A DNA stretch of 61,510 nucleotides, filler included, from Jimgerdemannia flammicorona (Eukaryota), in the NCBI GenBank assembly GCA_003990765.1. It is 3 parts of 3 records of this genome, joined end to end, with 100 filler letters (N's around TTAATTAATTAA, not from the genome) between each part and the next. Parts side by side here need not be neighbours in the genome. Positions count along the whole stretch, not along the records: positions 1 to 20,439 come from RBNJ01001684.1; positions 20,540 to 40,977 come from RBNJ01001685.1; 1 more part is not named here. One strand, 5' to 3'. The notes below the pieces were generated by a model. The model searched no databases. It was not told where the DNA came from and saw only the letters and a list, made by a program, of their open reading frames with translations. The position numbers and the translations under genes are program-made. This document shows, piece after piece, positions 13,630 to 27,091 of this stretch. Numbering within the stretch: position 1 is the first letter of the stretch; each line of letters starts with the position of its first letter.

Positions 13630-15050
13630 GACATAACTTACCTAGGCTATAAGATGAGTAATAATGACTAACCATAAGTCATTGTGACCATAAGACAGAC
13701 ATCTCAAGGAATATAAAAGAAGAATCAAGAAATCACAGTAGCAGCAATCCAAATAAAGCTCACAGAAATAGTTTAAAAGACTTACCATAAACAAATACCT
13801 ACTACTTGCCAAACCTCAAGGTTCAGGAACTACTAAGGTCCCTCAGTCTAGAAAAGGATATTCTAAGACATCAGAAGAGCTATAAGGACTTATACAAGAA
13901 GAACTCCTAGTCTCAACCTGGATACTGGTAACCTTTATTATTATATTCTCTACTGTCACAAAATGGAAACAAGGATTACTATTACTACCAAATATCTTTG
14001 GATGTGGCCAAAGTATGAAATAGAAAACCTTCTCTGCCAGGAGTTCTCTCAGATCAGTCCTCAAAAGATTTAAGATGCTACTCTTATGGATATATACAAA
14101 ATAAAGATAGCTAAGAAGATTTATCAGATCTTCAGATATATACTATAGTTAATCCCTAACTTAGAATATACTAGAATCTCAGACTTCAAGGAATTATCAG
14201 CCTGCTATACCAATGTACTGGAGGCCATAGTGACCACAGAAGCCCAGTCCACTATTATCCTCAATAGTGATAAAGTAGAAGAGTTCTGATATCCCATTCT
14301 TCAGAACAATCCAGATCAATTTATATAAGAATTGATCTCAGCATTCTAAGGTCTCAGTATCTAGGTTAGACCTCTTCAAGATTCTATATTTGTTTCTTAT
14401 TTTGTAGAAGAGAATGGCATAGATTAGAGAGCTCCTGTTGCTGTCAAATATAATGATATTATTGGCAATGATGTCATTCTGCACAATATGTACAAAGTAT
14501 ATGAAGTATATAATATATGTAAAACAGACAAAATATTTGCAGACCTCATTTTCTTTGAGGATATCCTGACCTCTAGTAGTGATGAGGATAAAGCCTCCAT
14601 GGTTCTGAATATTCTGCTCTAAGTTCTTAATAATATTAAAATCTTCTGGTATCTTTTTTCTATATAACTGAGTTCTACTAGCATCTTTTTTCTATAATAC
14701 CTGAATCTTCAAGCACTCTTTTCCTATATCACTAAAATCTACTAGTATTCTGAACTTATATAACTATTTGTACAAATACTTGAATTTGTACTTATAACTA
14801 TAGTTTTCTATATTCTAGTATTTTATTTGGTTATTGAAATTTATATTTAGCTTTATAACTTAGCAACTATTGAATTATATTTTATATAAATATCCCTCTT
14901 ATTTCCTTTGAAATAAAGTCAGTTCCAGTTCACTTACTCTCAATTTCATATAAGTAATCTAAGAGATAATAAGATAGTTTAAAGATAAGAAGTTTGAGGA
15001 CTATAAGATCTTGGAAAGACACTCCATTAAGAACTTACTTATAACAAACT
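13630..15050 (+). mobile_element. LTR-like segment containing an ORF3-like relic, upstream of Gypsy-C gag
   Basis: Homologous to 44600-45960 (cagaacaatccagatcaatt in both); IAKKIYQIF resembles ORF3 IAKRIHKLF; TATAAATA then AATAAA at ~14885-14917; boundaries uncertain. Confidence 0.45.
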
Positions 15051-15974
15051 TGTAGTTAGTCTAAGAGATATATCTTGAAGAGAATCTGATATATTTGAAG
15101 GACTCAGTGACTACTATATGATAACTTGGTATTTATTGACTGGTAATTTAAAACAAATTGCTCACTTTTAAGCTAAAAAATGAATAACTACCACAACAAC
15201 TACTCTGACTACAAGAGTCATCTCCTGTAAGAATTCAAGATAAGATAGAAATATATCCCCCTACATTCTATAGATATACTACTAAAGAGTCAATCCTGAT
15301 CTTTATTAAAGACTTTGAATAATTCACTACCATATGAGTCCTTGTCATAGATACATAATTGGCCCTTCTATCTGTCAGCCTCAGAGGACCTGCTAGAGAT
15401 AAGTTCAATATAGCCACTATTGCTGATACTAGTGTAGCCAAACTTACCAATATAAAGACCTTTCTCAGAACTATATACTATACTGAAGAGATCAAGCAAG
15501 CTCTTAAGAATTATCTGTCAAAAACTCAGTAAAGATCCCAACTCATTCTATATCCAAATCTACTACTAGATTGTCTTGGCTGGCTATGATAATGCTCTCA
15601 AGGAACAAATAGCTGATTCAATCTTCCTTAAAGAAGTTCACCCTGAAATTACCCTAACAATCTGGTCTACTCTAGTTACTCTGACCCTTGATTAGAAAGT
15701 AGTCTTTGTACAGAGATATTAGACTGCCAGATACTCTGCTGAATACTCAATAGAGAAAATAACTAGCATTAAGATAGAGTCATCAAAACTAATCAGTATT
15801 ATACTCATCATAGTTATAAACAGACAACTATCTCTACCTACTCTCAAGATAGCTAAAGCTGATCTAGTAGAAGAACTCACCAAGTAGTTTATCAAGATGA
15901 CTGTACATCTTGGTAATGTTGTTAGAGAAGTCCAAAGTGCCAATAAGAGACCAGTATAGAGATTTGCAGTTGCT

Positions 15975-15975
15975 C

Positions 15976-16006
<31 letters not shown>
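15975..16006 (+). mobile_element. Minimal retroposed insertion (5 nt + poly(A)) with perfect 17-bp TSD
   Basis: agagatttgcagttgct at 15958-15974 and 16007-16023 flanks ctgtt followed by an A tract. Confidence 0.85.
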
Positions 16007-16010
<4 letters not shown>

Positions 16011-17063
16011 ATTTGCAGTTGCTACAGAAGAACATAATATTATATGCTTCAGATGTAGAGAAGAAGACCACTATACAAAGAGTTATATAACTGAAACAAG
16101 ACATAAAGCCCAACCAAGCAATGCTATCAGAACCAGAAAACAAACCAATATAGTAATTATTAAGGAGATTGGTGATACTGATGATGAAGAATACTATGAG
16201 GAGTCCAAATTCTACTCTATTACTAAAGGTACCAGAACCCAGTCCAAGCTCTATAATAAGAAGAGTAACAGCAAGCCAGTTAGAAGACCAAAGAAGACTT
16301 CAGCTATTACTATTTAAAGCAAGACCCAACCTAAGGAGATTGATCAAGACATAGAGTTAAATAAAGCTATCTGCTAAATTATTGAAGGTACTACTTCAGT
16401 TTCAGGAGAAAGTGAAAGCAAGAAAGAACAGAAGCTGTACAAGATCAAGATCCACTAGTATGATATCTATAAAGATCTCAAGGAATAAAAGATCAATGCT
16501 ATTTTTGAACAACTAGTCAAAGTCCCTGCCTTTAGACAGTAGTTGAGAGTAGGACTTACAACTACTGTCAAGAACTAAGAATATAAGATTGTAGAAGCTC
16601 ATAATATACAAAAAGAATCTGAAGACTTAGATAAAGAATCTGAAGATCAGTACAAGATATCAGCCTATACTCTATATCAGATTGAAGATTGTATCTTTGA
16701 TGCTATCATTAATACTAGTGCTAGAGAATATCTCTAAGTAAGAAGACAATTGACTGCCTAGGCTGGGACATTGAAGAGTCCACTAAAATGATCTATATTA
16801 TAGTAGATAGTATATAGTATATAAGCTACTCTCTTAGGCAAGATCTGAGAAGTCTCTATCAAGATTGGAGGAGCTACTATCTAGTAGATATGATTGTTAT
16901 AAGTACTACCAACTATAATATTCTCATTGGCAACCAATAGCTTTATAAGGTCAAGACTGTCATTGATTTTAATATCTAGAAGATACAGATTAACTATAGA
17001 GGAAGGAAGATATGAGTCTCTATCAATGTCCACAAAGAAGTACTATCAGATATGGAGAAAGGA

Positions 17064-17129
17064 AGAGTGGGTTTACTGTACTTATATGGGATAGATTAGT
17101 GTATTAATAAAAGGAGGAGTCTAAGTGAC

Positions 17130-17160
<31 letters not shown>
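17064..17160 (+). mobile_element. 5'-truncated L1-like 3' end inserted in Gypsy-C
   Basis: Matches 27000-27090 (gtattaataaa...gtctaag.gactataAAAA); TSD agatatggagaaagga (17048-17063) / agacatagagaaagga (17161-17176). Confidence 0.8.
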
Positions 17161-17163
<3 letters not shown>

Positions 17164-20100
17164 CATAGAGAAAGGAGATAAAGAGAATATAGAAGTCTTC
17201 ATATATTTAGTATATAAGAATAAGAGCAAGACACCCAAGCTTACAGATGAGCAGTAGTATAATAAGATCATCAATAATTATGCCCCTCAAGGAAGATACC
17301 TCCATAGTACTAGGATGTACTGCTCTGAACATCTGAATGACTACTGGTCCTGTATCAGTAAAGTCAGAAAAATCTACTAACAAAAGCATAAACAAGAAGC
17401 TACCAAAGCAAAAAAGAAAGCCAAAGAAGATGACTAACCTTCAGAGCTTTAAGCTAACAGTAATAATGAGAAGAAACAAAAACCAGATATTACTCTCAAG
17501 ATTAAGAAGTTCTATCCTAAAGCCAAGATTCTAGAATATAAGACTAAAGGAGTTATAGAAATAGATCTTATAAGTATTTAAGATACTATCCTCAAACCAC
17601 AGACTACTACTATACTTGGCACTAAAATTAGAGTTAAGTTTCCAGAGAACTATACTGGAATTATCAAGACCAGGAGCAGTCTGGCCAAAAGCAAAATCTC
17701 AGTTAAAGGAAGAGTAATTAACTTTAATTACACTGGTGAGATCTTCCTCATAGTCAGGAATCACAACCCTACTACCCTATTCAAAGTTAAGAAGTATAAT
17801 AGGATTGGTCAGATGCTGATTCATAAAGTTAAGAAGTCCAAGGTCATTGAAGCCATTGAATTCATCAAGACTAAGAGAGAAGAACAAAACTTTAGATCTA
17901 CTGAAAGAGGAGCCTATACTCTTACCAAGATTACCAAACTTGAGTATAAGAAAGATAAGGATCAGAATAAGTATATACATATATACTATTGGAGAAAACT
18001 TTCCTCTAGAGGAACAACTTCTCAAGATTCTGTACTAGAATGAAGGAGTACTTGCTACAGACTTCAGAGACATCCACAATCAAGAACCCAAGTACTACTA
18101 TAAAGTTGACACCAGTGATATCAAGCCCATCTACCAGAAAGCCAGACCTATATCACCTGCCTATAGAGAATGGCTGTAAGCAGATTTCAAGAAAATGGAA
18201 GAAGCTAGAATCATTAAGCAAGCTATTAGCCTCTGGGCTTCACCCATTGTTCTCATCCCAAAGAAAGGAAGTAAGTCTGGAGAGTTTGTCCCAAGACTCT
18301 GCATTGATTACAGAAAGCTCAATACAATCACCAAAAAGGATAGGCAGCTCTTGCTAAATATTCAAGAAATCTTTACTACCCTTAAAAGCAAAGCCAAATA
18401 CTACACCACCTTGGATCTATTCTCAGGCTTCCATCAGATTGGTTTTACTCAAGATGCTAGTGAGAAATTAGTCTTCATCACACCTGATACCACCTATGTC
18501 TACCTATGAATATTATTTGGAATATGCAATACCCCAGTAAGTTTTCAGTAAATGATGAACAGAGTCTTCAATAATGAGATTGGAAAATAGCTCTTTATCT
18601 ATATTGATGATGTGATCATCTTTAGTAATACTATATAGGAACATATCAACTATATATAGCTAGCTCTCAAGAAGCTCAAGGAATATAACCTCTACATCAA
18701 GCCCAAGAAGTGCAAGTATATAGCTCAAGAAATTGCCTATCTAGAACATATCATCAACCAGACTAGAATTCACATAGATCTCATGAAGATTGAGGCTGTT
18801 GTAGCCTACCTAAGACCCAGAATAACTATAGAAGTCCATGTCTTCCTTAGACTAGTCTTCTATTATAAAATATTTATCAAAGAATACTCCAAAATTACAG
18901 TACCTATCTATGAGCTACTGAAGAAGGAGACCAAATTCAAATAGACTAAAGAATATCAAGAAACCTTCAATGAACTCAAGATCAGGTTAACTTAAGCACC
19001 CATCTTCAGAAGACCAGATTGGAACCTAGAGTTCATCTTGCAGACAGATAAGTACTATAGAACTTAGAGCAGTCCTAGCTTAGAAGAAAGATGGATATGA
19101 ATATGTTATCTTCTATACAAGCTGAGATATTTATAGAGCAGAATAGAACTATAAGTTATATAAGCTTGAATACTTAGTAATAGTTTGGGCAGTAGACAAG
19201 TTCTACTACTACCTAGCTGGAAAATACTTCACTATTCAAACAGATCATTCTGCCCTCATCTGGCTATTTTACACTCTGAACTCCAAAGAAATATATGACA
19301 GATAGATCTACAGACTACAAGAGTATAACTGTACTATCAAGTACTGCTTAAGAAGAACCAATGTCAATGCTGATGTACTCTCAAGAATACTCCAAAATAT
19401 CTCCATCAAGATTATTTAATATGAATAAGAAGTTATACTATAGATTAATCAGCTATCTTAGGTAGTGGAAGATATCCAACCACCTCAAACCCTGGACTAT
19501 CACCATTATTAACTAGACTTGAAAATTATTTAAACTAGACAACACTATACTCAGAAAAGAAGAAAAGCTTGTAATACCCAAATATAAAAAGTATCAAGTA
19601 ATGAAAAAAGTATATGAACAAGAATACCTAAGAGGAATCAATATATATGACAAAGTAAGAAAAACTATATAGTGGCCCAAGATAGAAGAAGACCTACACC
19701 AATTTATCAAAGAGTGTGACAAGTATCAAAAACAAAAACAATATCAGTAAGACCAAGTACTCAGATTATCAAGAATTGAGCCTATCTCCTTCCACCATAT
19801 CATGATGGATATCATTGGACTGCTACCAGTAATACTATCAGAAAACTACTACATTATAGTTATTATAGACCTCTTTACCAAATGAATAAAAGCAAAAGTA
19901 TTACAAGAAGTCAATGCTCTCTTTATAGCTAACTTTCTATACTGAGAAATCATCTGTCACTATAAGATACTAAGACAAATCACCACAGATTGCAGCACAG
20001 AATTTGTCAATAGATTCTACAAGATAATATATTAGAAATACAAGATTCAGCATATCAAGACTACTGCATATCACCCTCAAGGAAATAGACAGACAGAAAG

Positions 20101-20439
20101 AACCAATAAGACTCTTAAGAACATTCTGATGAAGATCTCAGATACATATGATAATTGGGATAACTACTTCCTAACTGCCCTTTTTGTCCTATAAGATATA
20201 TGATTACAGAGTATACAAAAACTTCCTATTGATAGATGCATTCAACAGATATACAATTCTGCTTGATTCAATTATATCACATACTGCAGTTTACTGTCTG
20301 ACATATGAGTCAAGATGGTGGAAACATGAAGCATCAGCTTTTATGGATATTTTAGAGACAGGGGTTCAATATTTACATTATATCATATACCAAAATACAA
20401 TGTTCGAGTCTCTGTATAACAGTACCTATATTGAAAATG

Positions 20440-20539
20440 NNNNNNNNNNNNNNNNNNNNNNNNNNNNNNNNNNNNNNNNNNNNTTAATTAATTAANNNNN
20501 NNNNNNNNNNNNNNNNNNNNNNNNNNNNNNNNNNNNNNN
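20440..20539. other. Assembly gap with artificial TTAATTAATTAA spacer
   Basis: N-run, ttaattaattaa (stops in all six frames), N-run. Confidence 0.95.
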
Positions 20540-20543
20540 AAAA

Positions 20544-20577
<34 letters not shown>

Positions 20578-20579
20578 TC

Positions 20580-21240
20580 TCTTTAATATACACTATATTA
20601 GAAATAGCTAATTAATAGTCTGGTAATATAAGTAGTAATATAAATATATCAATTATGAGTATTCTTATAGATATAACCTTAACAGATATAAGAAATATAG
20701 TCTTAGTTATAAGTATAAATATAACCAAGAGGTCTATCCTGATTTTTGATAGAAAAGATTATACTATTTAGATATTTTAATATTAAATCTCTTTGATAAA
20801 TATAGCTTAGCAAACTATATAAAGCTATAAGTACTAATTCAAAATTATAATACTATAAATAATTACTATATATTATTTAAGATTATATTTACATTCTTGA
20901 ATTTATAATTAAAGCTTATAATATATGCTATAATAGCTCATAAGATATAAAAAAACTCTATATAATTATCATCTATTAGTATCTGTATCAAATTGATTCT
21001 ATCTAAAATCTTAGCTATTTCATCTATAAATAAAGTCTAAGGAAAACATCTGTAAATATATCAGTTATATTGATGATCTAGTATATTAAGTAAATTCTCT
21101 TAGTATGTCTATAAATTATATTAGTAATAAAGAAAGAGTTATAGGACCTATAAGAGAACTTTCAGATATATATAATATTGTTATTATAGCTATATATTAG
21201 AGTAACATACTCATGAACTATATCTATATATAAAATATAT
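20580..21240. repeat. Degenerate AT-rich dispersed repeat (probable DNA-transposon relic); inverted copy at ~43840-44520
   Basis: gatagaaaagattatactatttag (~20748) vs reverse complement of ctaaatagtatagtcttttctatt (~44310). Confidence 0.5.
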
Positions 21241-21449
21241 ATCTTTCTTTTCTTTTGTTTACTTAAATTAATTCTAATTATATATATATATATATATCTA
21301 TAATTTGAAATATATATATATATATATATAATAATTAATATTAATAATATTTAAATTAATAAAGTAAATTTATTTTCAACTTCTTTTTCATTTTTAAATA
21401 ATGAGATTAATAAATAGAAATTATAAATAGAAAAGTATATACTTTTAAG

Positions 21450-21478
21450 TTAGGGTTAGGGTTAGGATTAGAGTTAGG
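21450..21478 (+). repeat. Telomeric TTAGGG tract (5 units, partly decayed) forming an element tail
   Basis: ttagggttagggttaggattagagttagg followed by cttcaagtaa. Confidence 0.9.
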
Positions 21479-23643
21479 CTTCAAGTAATAGTTTATTCAT
21501 TGTAGAAAGGATAAGATACATTGGTACAATAAATGATAAAGCCACTAAAAATAAGAAAAGAAATGACAATTTGTCCTACAAGACAGGAGTAAGATAAAAA
21601 ATAGAAAGAGATCAGTAAAGCAAATAACTAACTAAGAAGAAATAATAAGATCAGAGATATAACCACCCAAGGGATGGGCTGGAAAACCCCATTTTTTTTA
21701 GCTATAAAGGAGATTAAAATGTACAAAAGTAGAAATAAAAAAGCTAAATAAAATATATATATACTTAGACTAACAATAAGAACTTGATATCTATAACTAA
21801 ATATCAAACAACTAATATAAAGAGCAGACCTTAGAGGCAACTTCTCCACTAACATTCACATCATACAAACTTCAAAACATACTTTTGAATTATTTATTAG
21901 AGAAAGCTACTAAGGATATAGTAACTACCAAGTGAGCCAATATGTATACTGGATTAAGTGAACTTAGGACCTTCAACTGGCAATATGTCAGAAGAAGGTA
22001 TGGATTGGGGATGGGGTCTTTTGGTGGCCCAAGTGGGCAGGGCAGTTTAGGCAGTGATGGTGGTACTAGCAGAGGAGCAAGAGGGCAGGGGGAGAGAAAT
22101 TTTGTATATATACTAAAGGCTGATAGATGACCTACTAGATCTCATAGTGATTAGACAGAAGAGAAGAAAAAGTAAAGAGAGTGGAGACAGAGAGTTCGGC
22201 ATCTTGACTGATAGATGGAAGAGCTAGTAGTGAAGTTGCTGGGAGTAGAGGGGGACTACTGATGGGGACATAACTGTAGATTGGGAAAAAAATCCAGATA
22301 TGATAGTAGATAGAGAGACTAGACCATTGAGACGAAAGCAGATGAGAGACCTGGCTGATAGTGTGATGAGGCTAGTGGTGGCACCATTACTCAAGAAGTC
22401 TATATCAGAGTTTGCTATAACCTTGTACTTCCAGAGTTTGGTAGTAATGGCTAGAATAGTTTTGGAGCTTATCTTTAAGCAGGTGGCTGAAACTGCCTTA
22501 GTGAGATTTCTGAAGAGACTGGAGGGAGTTGAGGTAGAATTTGAGGAGGTGGGCCCTCTGGAGAAAGCATTGAAGACAGGAGTAGCAGTAGGGGAGATAG
22601 TGGTCTCTAGGGTGTATTACTTAAGATGGGATCCCAGGGTAGTTCAGCTTTTAGTGAAGGGAGTACCTACAGTGATGACAGCTGAGACCAGGAGGAGGGT
22701 TGAGGAGGTGATGGTAGAGTATAGTGACATAGTTAATATTGAATTTCAGATATAAGAGAGGACTATTCCCAGAACTAGAGATGTGGATATCAGGATCTGG
22801 TTTACTAGGAAAGAGGTCACTGGGAAGATAAGTGACTGGTCTTTTGTCATACTGTAGAGAGCCATCATCTGTAAGGTATCAAGAGTGAAGAGGAGAGAGG
22901 AGGAGGAGAAAGATCTACTAGAGGTATTGAAGGAGTAGAGTAGAGCAGTTGAGAGAAGGACAAAGGCCTGAAGATACATGTAGAGGTAACACACTTAGAG
23001 ATTGTTGAAGGGAAGCATATTCAAGTTGATAAGAAAATGTGGGAGAGGTTCCAGGGCCATAAGTTGCAGAGGGAGTTATTGGTGAAGCTAGGGAATAAGG
23101 CATCAATATCTGCTAGAGATAGTGAGGATACTGAGGGAGCCAAGGTGAGTATCTGGGCTGGTAGAAATAGTGAGATGGAAGGGGGGGGTCAAGAGGAGGC
23201 CAGGAAGGTACCTAGCAGTAATCTATAAGGATGATATATTGGAAGTCTGGAAGGAAGTCTGTGAGAATTCTCTCACTCCTCTTATCAGAAAGAGACCAGC
23301 AGCAAGGAGACAAGGAGCAGTAGATGTGTCAATATATAGAGTCTAGTGAGTACGATTTAGAGTTCTTAAGATAGAGAAGAGGGACAGGTAGTGGCTATAG
23401 ACAAGGAGAAATTGGTGGATGTCTCTGAGAAAGGATAGGATAAGACTACAAGCATGGGGGCTAATATGACAATGCTAGATGGGGGTCAACCAGCAATACC
23501 TGGGGGATAGAAGGTAGGGAACTGGCTTTGGATGTGTTAGATGATAAATAACTTTACAGTGAGGAGTTGAGAGAGATGGACCTGAGGGTGATGAGTGATA
23601 AGCAATACTATATAGTGATGGAGTAGTGAAGGCATTGAAGGCA

Positions 23644-24612
23644 TGGGCTTCTTTCTCCGCTACCTTACTGGTCACAAGGTTTGGTAGGCGACCTTCTGAG
23701 TCTCCTTTCCCCTATTATTACCCCCTCTACCTTGGGTTGGTTTGCTGTGCCTACAGGGGCATGGTGGGAGGAGGGCTATGGTGATGAGTTGCCCCTTTAT
23801 CGGTGTCGGATCGGTGCTTCCTCCACTTTTTCATAGATTCTGGTACCTTCGGCTACGTCTGGGGTATACCCGTTTTGATGCGGCGCCTTCTTCCTTTTGC
23901 CATCGCCAATAAGGGGTTGTCTCAGTGTGTCTCGGGCTACATAGGGAGTTGGCCGACCTTGGGCGTCAAGTGCTCAGTGTAGGTTACCTGCAGGTCTTCG
24001 GTGCTTGTAGTGGGGCCCTCTGGCTTTGGAAAGCTTCCCGGCGAGCATGGTTCTGGCGTAGGTGACTGTTTTTTGGGTGTTGTCGGGATGGGAGGGGAGA
24101 TGGCCATTACAGATAGGAGGATGGGCGATTATGGTGAACCAGTGGGGTGCCAGGCTGGGGGCGGTCGTCGGGGCTGGGGCAGGTGCTGCTTTGATGGGGC
24201 CTTTTGATTGGTGTGGTGTGGTTAGGTGGTAGGTGTCACTATCGGCTTCTTTTGGTGGTTAGCGGGGTTGGGCCCCAGTCGTCAGGGGGGGTCAGGAGGC
24301 CTGAGGCTACCCATTTCAGGTGTCTTGGCTGCACTCAACTGGAACCGGGAGCTGATACGGCAACATGATCGAGGCCCGCAGGCTTGAGTAGTGGGGTATT
24401 GGGGGTTTCCCCTGGTGTTAGGGAGAGCATAGTGTGCAGAATGAGGTGCGGGCATATAACAGCCCTGCTGCTCCTGCCATGGTTGAGCTGCTGGACAATA
24501 GCTAGCCTAGGTTAATGGGGGGGCAGTGCTTGGTGGGTGGTGGGGGAGGGTTTTGGCCTATATAGTCTAGGTTTCCTTCCAATAAAATTCTGCAGGACAT
24601 GCGTCCATTAAA

Positions 24613-24645
<33 letters not shown>
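23644..24645 (+). mobile_element. ~1 kb non-autonomous poly(A) retroposon (SINE-like), complete with TSD
   Basis: 15-bp TSD aaggcattgaaggca at 23629-23643 and 24644-24658; AATAAA at 24581; A tail 24614-24645; no credible ORF. Confidence 0.85.
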
Positions 24646-24650
<5 letters not shown>

Positions 24651-24949
24651 TGAAGGCAGAAGTACTTGCAGTTTTCCTGGAGAAGAAGGGATATGAGGTT
24701 GATAAGAAGAGAAAGGCTGAGTTAGCAATGGTGGTAGAGGAGTGGGCAGCCTACTGTTGGATAGAGCATTATGGTCTACAGCTCTGGTAGGATGCTTGTC
24801 AGAAGTATTATAAGAATTTTGAGGAGAAAAAGGAGAGAGAACTAAATGAGCTTCTGGGGGAATTAGAGGCAAAGAGAATTGAGGAGGAGAAGCAGGCTGC
24901 AGAATATATCTTGGACTTAGCACAAGAGCATATAGAGGTGAAGTAGTAG

Positions 24950-27050
24950 AGAAAGTGTTGGGACTTTTCATCTAAACATTTTTCCCAATGAACAGTACAA
25001 TCAAAAATTTTTCTCTTAATGTAAATAGACTACAAGGTTCAGAGCAATATAAGAACATTTTTACTTAGCTTTAAGGATTAGAGACTGATCTCTTCTTGCT
25101 GTAGGATATATGGTATAAAGATGAGATAGATCAAGTAAAGTGAACTAGAGAATAGAGAGGTACTATAGCTTGGATTGGTAAAGCAGCAATTTTGGTACAG
25201 AATGATAAGGGAGATCTAGGGTGAATCAGGAATTGGGAAGACTGCTTAATATGGGGAAAATGGTATAGACTTTGGTGGGGGTTACTGAGAGTAGGCTCTT
25301 GCTACTACCTAGTAGTCAGAGATAAGAGAATTATATAGATTAAGGAGCTCTTAGAGGAGGGTACATTCTTGGAGGATGGGGTAGATATTCTGGATAATAA
25401 CTTTAATATAGTGTGAAACCCTCAGTTAGATAGAACTGATAGAAAGAGAAGTGCTGGTAATAGAAGTGATGGCCTCTTAACTCCTCTCTGCTGACTAAGA
25501 AGAAGTTATAGGACCTATGGGTGGAGGACATCTAGGGAACGATTGCAAGCTGGAGATAGGAGAGTGTAATAGTAGGTATTTGGTAGATAAGGTTGAAAGA
25601 AGCTGTAAGGGAATACTGGGGGAGAGCTGGAAGAGATACTGAGAGGGAGAAAAGGAAAAAGGTGAGGTGTACTTTGTAGAGAAGAGGGTGGCTATCTAGA
25701 GTGAGATTCTTAGAAGTTAAGGAGGTTGCTATATCTCTCTAGCAGGCAGAGTATTGATTTTGAATACCTACTGATTTTCTAAGCTATAGTATATTGCATA
25801 TCACTTGGACTTCTCAGCTTGGGTGGTGAAGAGGATGATAAAGCTAGCTAGGGATTGGATTTGAACTAGGAAGCAGTCACATATCAGTTGCGATATCCTA
25901 TTATTATCAGTGGTTAGAGAAGGTCTAGGACTGGTGGATCTTCCTAAGAGGCCCAATAGCCTGAGAGCTTGGTGGCTGAAGCAGGTCACTGAATTGTAGG
26001 GAGTAGAATAGGTTCTACTGATACAGAAGATATAGAAGATAAGATTCTCCTCAAGAGGGTCTACAGGAGACTTACTATTGCTGGTAGGTCAGGGTGGGAG
26101 CTGTCAGTAGATATAAAAGCTTCTAATAGAGGATAGTAGATAAAGCTCATCATATTGACTTATACTGGTATAGTAATGAAGGAGAGATATATACTATAGG
26201 GACTAGCAATATAGCAATAGGACAGACTGCTTTTGTGAGGTCCTCTATTGGCTGAGTTTGACATTGATGATAGAGTAGAGTATCAGAGGATACTAAGTCA
26301 GGATATCTGGACTGCTAGTTGGCAAGCAGTAGGGATTGGGAAGGAGTTGGACTGGGCAGGAGTCTGATCATAGAGTATTTGAATGAGGAGGTAGCTGCCT
26401 TCTAAGTTCTGGGTAGTATAGTAGAGGATGCTATAGAGGAATATCATATTGAATTTCCACACTGAGTATCTGGTGGATGGGGGGCAACTGGATAGCAAGG
26501 AGTGTTACAATATTAGACAAATTGAGAGATTTGTATAGATACCAGAACATTGGTTAAGAGAGTATAAAGTTCTGAGAGACTTTTGGTTAGCCTAGGTAAA
26601 TAGATGTGGGTTAAGAGGACACCAGAAGGAGAGAGAGTTCAATAGGAAGATTTGAGAACTAGGTTAGTGGGAGATGTAGGCAATGAATGGTCTACTGTTG
26701 AGTGGGTTTTGGTTATATGGATAGGGCTGGCTAGATATTGACTCTTTGTTTTTGAGAAGAGCCAATAATTAGTTCTGCAAGAGAAGTTGTTAAAATAGGA
26801 GGGATTGTTGGGAGACTTATTGACAGGACAATGGGTCAGTTGGGATTCCCAGGGTGAATACTATCACTAACTAGTTTTAGGAATCTATAAATAGAGTGGT
26901 GAGCAGATTGTAATAGTTAATGATCTAGTGGTCTTTAATTATAAAAAAGTAGTAATAGAGAAGGCCCCCTAGGGGGATTGGATAGGGGCAGGCTCAATGT
27001 ATTTATATTGGATAGATGGGTGTATTAATAAAGGAAGAAGTCTAAGAGAC

Positions 27051-27090
<40 letters not shown>
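24950..27090 (+). mobile_element. L1/Tx1-like LINE relic, apparently internally deleted
   Basis: ORF2 start MNSTIKNFSLNVNRL (APE motif SLNVNGL) at 24988, EGLGLVDL at ~25920, decayed C-terminal Cys region ~26450-26600, AATAAA and poly(A) at 27055-27090; RT core not recognisable. Confidence 0.6.

Positions 27091-27091
<1 letters not shown>

Larger units (their letters stand above)
15050..20210 (+). mobile_element. Gypsy-C internal region (gag-PR-dUTPase-RT-RH, separate IN from ATG 19421); degraded, 3' end missing
   Basis: Collinear with Gypsy-A: WASPIVLIPKK...LCIDYRKLN, DLFSGFHQI, YIDD ~18600, dUTPase relic ~17500-17910, GNRQTERTNKTLK ~20080. Confidence 0.85.
21450..24950 (-). mobile_element. 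RT-less telomeric-tailed partner element, copy A (decayed; interrupted by 23644-24645)
   Basis: 3' terminus GGTTAGG-CTTCAAGTAA..TTTATTCATTGTAG is shared with the LINEs at 30254, 35415 and 40502. The body encodes a different decayed ORF (TTLGSHLK*YTLET...) homologous to 27091-29190; no RT/EN motifs seen. 5' boundary approximate. Confidence 0.65.

Noticed and set aside
20184..20439. 103-aa ORF before the first gap
   Set aside because: Runs into Ns, has a non-ATG start and no recognisable homology.
20484..20495. TTAATTAATTAA motif as a biological site (also ~41022-41033)
   Set aside because: Embedded in N-runs; an assembly spacer, so adjacency across it is not guaranteed.
22300..22755. 151-aa plus-strand ORF as a host gene
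   Set aside because: It lies inside partner element A, whose polarity (tail, AATAAA) is on the minus strand; no recognisable domain.
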